The translations under genes and the position numbers were made by a program. From positions 24,312-88,311 of the forward strand of contig CAJQIN010000002.1 in NCBI GenBank assembly GCA_905478465.1: DNA of 64,000 bases. The letters run 5' to 3'. This DNA comes from Minisyncoccota bacterium. GTDB taxonomy: Bacteria; Patescibacteriota; Minisyncoccia; Phycocordibacterales; CAJQIN01. This document shows, piece after piece, positions 56,893 to 64,000 of this stretch. The notes below the pieces were generated by a model. The model ran no database searches. It was given only the letters and a program-made list of their open reading frames with translations, and was not told where the DNA came from. Positions within the stretch are counted from its first letter, which is position 1; every line of letters begins with the position of its first letter.

Positions 56893-58635
56893 TTATTCTG
56901 AAATAACTCGTAATACTTCTTCAATTGTTGTTCTTCCTTGCGCAGCTTTAAAAATACCATCTTCAATCATGGTAAGCATTCCTTCCTCCATAGCTTGTTT
57001 CTGAATAACGCCAGCGGTAGCGTCTTTCATAATCAACTCTTTAATAGATTCTGAAACTTTGAGTACCTCATGAATAACCAATCGTCCTGAGTATCCAGCC
57101 TCACCTTTTGGTTTAAAAAATGGAATCTTCTCCCATGAAGTAACTTTATCTTCAATAATCTTTTCTTCTTTCAAGACTTCCAAAACTTTATCCAAGTTAA
57201 CATTCTTCTTTAAAGTAGCTACCTCTTTTTTACTCAAAAAATATGTTTCTCTTGCTTCAGAAAGTTTTCGTACTAGACGTTGCGCGATAATAACATCAAG
57301 AGTTGAAACCAAAAGAAAAGGCTGAGCACCCATATCCAACAAACGAGGAATAGTTCCTGCGGCAGAGTTGGTGTGCAAAGTTGAAAGCACAAGGTGTCCG
57401 GTAAGTGAAGCATTAATAGCAAGAGATGCTGTTTCTCCATCTCGGATCTCACCAACCATAATCACATCAGGATCTTGTCGAACAAGAGCACGAAGCCCTT
57501 TTGAAAAGGTAAATCCAATATCTGGCTTTACCTGCGTTTGATTCACTCTCTTCATTTGATACTCAACAGGATCCTCTACCGTAGAAATATTCACATCAGG
57601 AGTATTTAGAATATCTAAAACAGTATACAGTGTGGTCGTCTTTCCTGAACCCGTAGGACCAGTGGTGAGAATCATTCCTGTAGTGGATTTTGTGGCATTT
57701 TGAATTCTCTCAAGAGCTTCTCCGTGGAAACCAAGTCCTTCAAGGGTAAACCCTGAAACATTTTCTCTCAACAACCGCATAACAGTCTTCTCTCCATAGT
57801 AGGTAGGAAGTGTTGAAACACGAAAAGAAACTTTTTCTCCATTCAATTCAATTTTAAATCGTCCATCTTGAGGAAGACGCTTCTCATCAAGTTTTAAGTT
57901 TGAAAGAACTTTTATACGTGCAGTAATACCCTCTGATGCTACCTTGGGAAGAGTCATGGCATCACGCAAAATTCCATCAATTCGATATCGAACTACAACC
58001 TGATCTTCCATTGATTCAATATGGATATCTGATGCATTTTGTAATATGGCATGTTTTAACAATGTATCTATAATACGCACCACAGGAATATCCTCGGCCA
58101 TAGCTTTCAAATCTTTTTCAGAGGCACCTGACCCAGAGCTCTCTTTTAGTGTTTTTATCTCCCCAACTTCTTTCTGAATAATATCCCCAAACTCCGCTTT
58201 CAAACTTTTTTGATATTGAAGAAGTGCATGCTTGATAGAAGCGTTATCTGTCAGACGAGGAAGTATTCGAAGTCCTACTTTCTTTTTTACAAAATCAATT
58301 GCCTCCAAGTCATCAGTATCAAGCATCGCTATCTCAAGAGCCTTTCCATCTTTTCGAAAAGCCACAATATTATGATTACGGGCAATTGGTTCTGGAATAA
58401 GTGACAACACTTCAAAATCAAGTTGCTGATTTTTCAAATTAACAAAAGGAATACCCAGAATGTATGCCTGTATCTTTCGCAAATCATCTTCAGTCAACTT
58501 CCCCTCACCTACCAAAATATCTCCCACCCCTTGCCCCTTCTTCTCGGCAATTTTGCTGGCAGCATCGAAATCTTTTTTTGTAATGAGACCAGAATCAAGA
58601 ATAAATTCTTCGAGTTGTGATTCTTCAATATGCAT
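56893..58635 (-). CDS. pilB: type IV pilus assembly ATPase PilB/GspE family
   Basis: Walker A 'GPTGSGKTTTLY', Asp/His boxes, N-terminal GspE_N domain. Confidence 0.85.
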   Translation of the reverse strand: MHIEESQLEEFILDSGLITKKDFDAASKIAEKKGQGVGDILVGEGKLTEDDLRKIQAYILGIPFVNLKNQQLDFEVLSLIPEPIARNHNIVAFRKDGKALEIAMLDTDDLEAIDFVKKKVGLRILPRLTDNASIKHALLQYQKSLKAEFGDIIQKEVGEIKTLKESSGSGASEKDLKAMAEDIPVVRIIDTLLKHAILQNASDIHIESMEDQVVVRYRIDGILRDAMTLPKVASEGITARIKVLSNLKLDEKRLPQDGRFKIELNGEKVSFRVSTLPTYYGEKTVMRLLRENVSGFTLEGLGFHGEALERIQNATKSTTGMILTTGPTGSGKTTTLYTVLDILNTPDVNISTVEDPVEYQMKRVNQTQVKPDIGFTFSKGLRALVRQDPDVIMVGEIRDGETASLAINASLTGHLVLSTLHTNSAAGTIPRLLDMGAQPFLLVSTLDVIIAQRLVRKLSEARETYFLSKKEVATLKKNVNLDKVLEVLKEEKIIEDKVTSWEKIPFFKPKGEAGYSGRLVIHEVLKVSESIKELIMKDATAGVIQKQAMEEGMLTMIEDGIFKAAQGRTTIEEVLRVISE

Positions 58636-58833
58636 TGATGAAATTATAACAGAGAAAAGAAATTTACGTTGTGTATACCTAACAATAACTCACTTTATAT
58701 ATAAAAATAATCGAGTACACTAACTTGACAAACAACATATTTCGTGTATTCTTATGCCCAGAACTTTCTAAGACATGTGTCTTATAAAGTAACAAACAAA
58801 CTAGTTCATTAAAAAAATACAAGGAGAAATAAA

Positions 58834-59661
58834 ATGAAATGTTTTGGAATAATTATTGTTACCATCTTGTTGATGGTACTCACAGGTTGTCAAACGATGA
58901 CTACTCGTGAGATCTCGAGTAATGAACCACTTCAACAGTGGTCTCCGCCAACTCCGAAACCCACCACTCGACATGTAGAGCCGGTACAAGTTCAACAACA
59001 AGAACTTTACCAACAGCCGGTTGAAAATACGCCTGTCACACAGGAATACGAAGCTCCTGTGCAAAATGTGGTAGCCATGCCTCAAAATATTCAATCGGAA
59101 GAGAGAACCTTTTTTTCTTTCGACTGTGCCTTAGGAACTATTAAATACATTCTCTACACACAGACTGACGAAAGAGGAGTATTTAAGGTCATAACCATAT
59201 GCCTTACCTACAGCGGAAAAAGTTCTGCTCAAAACGTATCGCCTCGAACATCGAGGCAGCTTCAGGCATTTTTTGCATCGAATCCAGACCTGGTACAGGA
59301 ATTTGAAGATGGTCCAGCCCTTCCACTATACCAAGCATTTGTCAAAGACTATCAATTTGACAGGGCACATAAGGAAATGTGGAACAAGTTATCAAACTTG
59401 TACCTACAGTTTGGAGAAGGTGTCAGCATGACTCATTTAGTGTATTTACACCCTAATGTCATGCAAATGCTTCAGATGACAGGATTCACATCACACGAGA
59501 TGCTGCAATTAATGCGCAACTCGACCGATACTTCCTTCAGTTACAACTGGAGGAAAGATGTAGACACAAAGCGTAAAAAAATATATTTCACAAAAAACAA
59601 AAGAGTAAATGATGCCATTAAGTATGCAATGGATCAGATGCTCGCGGAGGAAAGATCATGA
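58834..59661 (+). CDS. lipoprotein
   Basis: Signal peptide plus lipobox LTGC; AAGGAG RBS; promoter TTGACA-N16-TATTCT upstream. Confidence 0.55.
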   Translation: MKCFGIIIVTILLMVLTGCQTMTTREISSNEPLQQWSPPTPKPTTRHVEPVQVQQQELYQQPVENTPVTQEYEAPVQNVVAMPQNIQSEERTFFSFDCALGTIKYILYTQTDERGVFKVITICLTYSGKSSAQNVSPRTSRQLQAFFASNPDLVQEFEDGPALPLYQAFVKDYQFDRAHKEMWNKLSNLYLQFGEGVSMTHLVYLHPNVMQMLQMTGFTSHEMLQLMRNSTDTSFSYNWRKDVDTKRKKIYFTKNKRVNDAIKYAMDQMLAEERS

Positions 59662-60164
59662 AAGTACTGTTAATTGTAATTCTTTTACTTTTGTCACTAG
59701 GATGTCGACGGGCAGAGGTAATAACTGTCCTGACACAAAATATCAACGGAGAGATCAGAGAAGATAACATTCTTCTGGTGAAGGAACCCTTCACTCCGTC
59801 GATAACTCACGTGGAAAGTACAAAGTACTGTCCCACAGGCAATCTTCAAGGCTATGACCTGAACAAAAACTCTTTGAAACAGGGTGTCGCTAACGGAGAC
59901 CTGTGTCTCACAAAACAGGATGGCTGGAAATATGGAGCAGCAGGCTCAACCCCAATTGAGCAGATGGCTGCTTTTGTTGGAGCTAGTGGACGTCTTGCCC
60001 AAGGTTTAAACACCGAAGGGACCAAGATAAATAACTACAACGGGGGTGCAGGCGGATCAGCAAATGCCAGTGGCGGTACAGCTTCTTCTAGCCTAGGAGC
60101 AAGCTTCATAAACCAGAACGTTAACGCTAACTGCGGCGATGCCACAGGAAGTATCTCACGTTAA
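59658..60164 (+). CDS. lipoprotein with Gly/Ala/Ser-rich C-terminus
   Basis: Lipobox LGC; ATGA overlap with the upstream gene; terminator at 60296..60321. Confidence 0.5.
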   Translation: MKVLLIVILLLLSLGCRRAEVITVLTQNINGEIREDNILLVKEPFTPSITHVESTKYCPTGNLQGYDLNKNSLKQGVANGDLCLTKQDGWKYGAAGSTPIEQMAAFVGASGRLAQGLNTEGTKINNYNGGAGGSANASGGTASSSLGASFINQNVNANCGDATGSISR

Positions 60165-60351
60165 TTTCTCTCTTGTATTAGGACCAGGAGACATTCCAGC
60201 CCAGTATCTTTCGATACTGGGCTGTTTTTATACAACAAAATACCAATTTGACAATAAAAATAGTTACGATATACTACAGAAGTCAGTTTGATAGATTTTA
60301 CCGTAATTCGCCTTCCAGCGAATTTTTATTTTTTTAACAATACAAATTATT

Positions 60352-61641
60352 ATGATCGATCTAAAAGTAGTGAACTCAGTTCTTGGACAACTTGAAGAAG
60401 AACGAGGAATCCCAAAAGAGAAAATAATTGAAGCCATTGAAACAGCTTTAGCAACTGCATACAAAAAAGAATGGGGAAAACGAGGACAAATAGTCCGGGC
60501 AATTTTTGATACCGCTTCAGGAACAGCAGAATTTGTACAAGCCAAAACAGTTGTTGATGATACGAAAGTATACATGGATCCTGAAGATGCACCTGAATAT
60601 ACAGAAGAAACTCCCGAAGAAGAGCGAAAAGAGCTTTTCAACTCTGAACACCACATAATGATTACAGATGCACGAAGAATGAAAGCCGATGCAGAACTTG
60701 GAGATGAAGTAGTCTTCCCCCTTGAAGCAAAAGACGACTATGGACGTATCGCAGCACAAACAGCAAAGCAGGTTATTATCCAAAAAATTCGTGAAGCTGA
60801 GAAAGTATCTGTCTTCAAAGAATATGGAGAAAGAGAAGGAGAAATAATCAGTGGTACAGTGCAGAGAATCGAAAGAGGAAATCTATTCGTTGATCTTGGA
60901 CGAGCCACAGGTATTCTTCCTTTCAATGAACAAATCCCAGGAGAGCGATACCGACAAGGAGAACGTATCCGAGCCTTCCTTTATCGTGTAGAAGATACGC
61001 CACGAGGAGTATTTCTTCGTCTTTCACGTTCACATCCAAAATTTATGGAAAAACTATTCGAAGCAGAAGTACCAGAAATTGCATCTGGAGCAGTTATTGT
61101 CAAAGCAATTGCCAGAGAAGCAGGATCACGAAGTAAGATAGCGGTACAATCTGCAGACAATCACATAGATCCAGTCGGAGCACTTGTTGGACAAAGAGGA
61201 GTTCGCGTATCTACCGTTATGTCAGAACTTGGTGGAGAAAAAATAGACATCATCGAATGGGCAGAAGATATCGAACAATTTATCGAAGATGCTCTATCCC
61301 CTGCAAAAGTACTGAAGGTTGAACTAGACAAAGAAAGAGAACAAGCTCATATTGAAGTAACAGAAGACCAGCAATCACTTGCTATCGGAAAAGGAGGACA
61401 AAACGTACGACTTGCTGCGAAACTTACCGGGTGGAGAATAGATATCCAATCTATCGAAGGTTCTGAGGTAGCAGATGCTGACGGAGAACATGTTGAAATC
61501 AATACTGAAAACATATCTACCGAAGCAAAGGAAGAAGTTGCACCCACAGAAACAAAAGAGGAAACTGCCCCGGAAGAAAAAACTGAAGAAGTAACCCCTG
61601 AAGAAACTCCAAAAACAGATTCTACAGAAGAAAAAGCCTAG
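60352..61641 (+). CDS. nusA: transcription termination/antitermination factor NusA with acidic C-terminal tail
   Basis: NusA N-terminal domain, S1 and KH regions; E/T/P-rich tail. Confidence 0.85.
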   Translation: MIDLKVVNSVLGQLEEERGIPKEKIIEAIETALATAYKKEWGKRGQIVRAIFDTASGTAEFVQAKTVVDDTKVYMDPEDAPEYTEETPEEERKELFNSEHHIMITDARRMKADAELGDEVVFPLEAKDDYGRIAAQTAKQVIIQKIREAEKVSVFKEYGEREGEIISGTVQRIERGNLFVDLGRATGILPFNEQIPGERYRQGERIRAFLYRVEDTPRGVFLRLSRSHPKFMEKLFEAEVPEIASGAVIVKAIAREAGSRSKIAVQSADNHIDPVGALVGQRGVRVSTVMSELGGEKIDIIEWAEDIEQFIEDALSPAKVLKVELDKEREQAHIEVTEDQQSLAIGKGGQNVRLAAKLTGWRIDIQSIEGSEVADADGEHVEINTENISTEAKEEVAPTETKEETAPEEKTEEVTPEETPKTDSTEEKA

Positions 61642-61687
61642 GTGTTATAATACACACCAATAACTAATAGCTAATTACTAAAATACT

Positions 61688-62224
61688 ATGAATTTATGGC
61701 ACGACGTCTCTCTTGGAGACAATCCAACAAAAGAATTTAACACTATTATTGAAATTCCAAAGGGATCTAATAATAAGTACGAAATGGACAAAGAAACAGG
61801 TCTAATTATGCTAGACCGAGCAAACTATTCTGCAGCAGCTTATCCATTTGACTACGGTTTTGCTCCACAAACACTCTGGGAAGATGGTGATCCTCTTGAT
61901 GTTGTAGTTCTCACTACTTACCCTCTTTTTCCAGGAATTCTTGTGAAGGTAAGACCTATTGCCATCATGGAAATGATTGATGATGGAGAATCTGATTACA
62001 AAATCATTGCAGTCCCAGTAGAAGACAAGCATTTTGAAGATGTTCATGAACACGAACACCTAAACAAGCACCAAGTAAACGAAATCCAACACTTCTTTGA
62101 AACATACAAAGCCCTCAAAGGAAAAAACAATGTGGTGGTAATCAACGACACCAAAGGAAAACAAGAAGCTATTGCTGCCATTGAGAAATCAATACAACTA
62201 TACAAAGAAAAGTACGGAAAATAA
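61688..62224 (+). CDS. ppa: inorganic pyrophosphatase (family I)
   Basis: 'IIEIPKGSNNKYEMDKETG', 'DGDPLDVVVL'; terminator at 62248..62276. Confidence 0.85.
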   Translation: MNLWHDVSLGDNPTKEFNTIIEIPKGSNNKYEMDKETGLIMLDRANYSAAAYPFDYGFAPQTLWEDGDPLDVVVLTTYPLFPGILVKVRPIAIMEMIDDGESDYKIIAVPVEDKHFEDVHEHEHLNKHQVNEIQHFFETYKALKGKNNVVVINDTKGKQEAIAAIEKSIQLYKEKYGK

Positions 62225-62342
62225 ACATTCTCATTGCACACACAAACAAAACACTCTCCATGATGGAGAGTGTTTTGTTGTATACTAATAGAAGAATGCC
62301 AAAATGGCATAACATTTTATTTTATTAAATAATTTTAATTAC

Positions 62343-63017
62343 ATGAAAAAAATATCAATAATTAGTTCCATATTATTAATACTACCTTTCTTGGTAAGTG
62401 CCCAAACAAATGTCCGAGAAAACGCCCAAATGCGCATGGAGACACAAAAAGCTGAAGTGCAGGCACAAGTAGAAGTACGTAAAATGGAAATGGAACAAAA
62501 TCAAGAAGCAAGAGTTGTTCAAATGGAAGAAAAGAAAACTAACCTGCAAACAAGACGAACAGAACTACAAACAAAAATAGAAGAACGAAAACTAGAAATA
62601 CAAAACACACGAGAAGAGAGAAAGATGACGATGACGGCAAACAGAGAGGAACGAAAACTAGCACTAACAGAACAAGTTCGTACACGAATCAACGAAACAG
62701 CAGAGCGTATCACGGAACAATTTGATTCCATTCTTGCACGTTTTGACAATGCAGGAACAACCATCAGTGAACATATCACTCGTATAGAAGACCAAGGAGT
62801 CGACGTTTCTGAAGCAATAGACCTCTACACAACAGCTGAAGCTTTCCTTGAGGTTACACAAGATACCCTTATACAAGCACAAATAGATCTTGATGTAGCA
62901 CTCGGAGAAGATGAAGTTTCTCGAGAAGATATCCACGATATCATAGAAGATGTACGAAACAGTATCCAAGACACACGAAATGCCTATACTGCCGTTATTG
63001 ATTCTTTAAAAAACTAA
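62343..63017 (+). CDS. secreted coiled-coil protein
   Basis: Signal peptide MKKISIISSILLILPFLVSAQ; E/R/K/Q-rich heptad-like repeats. Confidence 0.5.
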   Translation: MKKISIISSILLILPFLVSAQTNVRENAQMRMETQKAEVQAQVEVRKMEMEQNQEARVVQMEEKKTNLQTRRTELQTKIEERKLEIQNTREERKMTMTANREERKLALTEQVRTRINETAERITEQFDSILARFDNAGTTISEHITRIEDQGVDVSEAIDLYTTAEAFLEVTQDTLIQAQIDLDVALGEDEVSREDIHDIIEDVRNSIQDTRNAYTAVIDSLKN

Positions 63018-63099
63018 CTACCAAACAATTAGAACACTCTTGACGCTACTACAAGAAAAAACATACAATACACTTACTTATTCTTTAAATTATCTAATT

Positions 63100-63378
63100 A
63101 TGGAAAATATGGACCAACAACAAGATACCGTGACACAAACAGAAACACCTGAAATGAAGGAATCAAATACAGGCCCAAGTATAGCAATAATCATAATCCT
63201 TATCATGATTATACTTGGAGGTATCTACTTCTGGATTGGACGGTCAGAAAACGTACAAGCTCCTACCCAAGAAGTAACAGAATTCACAGAGGTTGAAAAC
63301 ACACTCAATACTCCAGAATTTGATGCAATAGACGCAGAACTCAACAAAATTGATGCTGAGTTCGATGTGGTTATATAA
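63100..63378 (+). CDS. small single-TM protein
   Basis: Likely start MENMDQQ; TM IAIIIILIMIILGGIYFWI; terminator at 63403..63438. Confidence 0.4.
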   Translation: MENMDQQQDTVTQTETPEMKESNTGPSIAIIIILIMIILGGIYFWIGRSENVQAPTQEVTEFTEVENTLNTPEFDAIDAELNKIDAEFDVVI

Positions 63379-63500
63379 ATAAACACATAAATAATCCAAA
63401 AAATATCCTAACAAATAAAATTTGTTAGGATATTTTTATATAAAAAACCACCCATACAATATTATTTGCATAGGTGGTCACTAATAACCCAATTTGTGAT

Positions 63501-64000
63501 TTACACGTAAATAAAGCTTTCTTTTCCACCCGTGTTTTTCTTAAATTCTTCAAATGCATTATTTGCAAGAGCAATACACATATCGGCAACCATGCCAGAA
63601 ATCATTTGATCAAAATGCTGCTGGTCACCCGAACAAGCGACAACAATACCACCACGATCAACTCCTCCCCAAAAAGGAGTGTCTCCCGTGAATAGAAGTT
63701 GCGGCTGAACACACGAACTTCCGTTATTACGCCCCTCCCAAAGTTGCCACGCTTTGCGCTGAGCAATTTCATCATAAGGATGTTCCCACTTTCCAGGTGA
63801 ACCAACTGAGTGCTCATGTAGAAGTTTAACGCTTGTGGTAAATTTATGTGGAAACGAACCATGTTCATCAATCAGTATTGAAGGCACAAGAATAACAATA
63901 TGAAGATGCATTCTGTCTTTCAAATAACCAAAAACTGGACCTCCTTGTTTAATAGTCATTTCAACCTGTGCACAAGCACGTTCCGCGACATCTTTTGTTA
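63501..64000 (-). CDS. hypothetical protein, N-terminus beyond window end (possible creatininase-fold amidohydrolase)
   Basis: The frame stays open to the window edge; 'IDEHGSFPH' loosely resembles the creatininase-family EQHGPHLP motif. Confidence 0.3.
   Translation of the reverse strand, partial: TKDVAERACAQVEMTIKQGGPVFGYLKDRMHLHIVILVPSILIDEHGSFPHKFTTSVKLLHEHSVGSPGKWEHPYDEIAQRKAWQLWEGRNNGSSCVQPQLLFTGDTPFWGGVDRGGIVVACSGDQQHFDQMISGMVADMCIALANNAFEEFKKNTGGKESFIYV

Noticed and set aside
1-64000. CRISPR arrays, rRNA genes, IS elements with transposases
   Set aside because: No regularly spaced direct repeats, no rRNA-like conserved stretches, and no DDE transposase reading frames were seen. The only mobility genes are the two serine recombinases.

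Overview
The window is AT-rich and reads like a streamlined Patescibacteria/CPR-type genome, although no taxonomic search was possible. Main blocks: (1) ftsH (3'-partial), smpB and the tmRNA gene ssrA. (2) Directly at the ssrA 3' end, an ~11.5 kb accessory region that looks like two tandem integrative islands, each with a large serine recombinase. Cargo: an XRE-HTH/ImmA-IrrE peptidase plus PIN-like (DUF4411) pair, several secreted or membrane proteins, a tRNA-like RNA element, and a two-copy ~155 bp structured repeat. (3) A locus of small peptides (a 40-aa gene with very strong signals, convergent with a leaderless 28-aa hydrophobic ORF), an ArsR regulator with an operator palindrome, a glutaredoxin-like protein, DoxX, and two convergent ATP-grasp ligases. 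(4) infC-rpmI-rplT with a leader hairpin. (5) A long minus-strand ribosomal block, rpsL-rpsG-fusA-tuf-S10/spc genes-secY-adk-map-ndk. It has no rpmD (L30) and no infA/rpmJ/rpsM/rpsK/rpsD/rpoA/rplQ tail. It is interrupted by an opposite-strand gene between rplB and rpsS and by a 529-bp noncoding spacer between rplE and rpsN. (6) An M50 protease, rpmB, a split ComEC with an SOD-like gene inside it, rnhA, recJ, HIT, small membrane proteins, pgk and tpiA. (7) A type-IV-pilus-like cluster (pilB, pilC, three prepilin-like genes), two lipoproteins, nusA, ppa. All calls come from reading the sequence and the ORF track; no database search was run.
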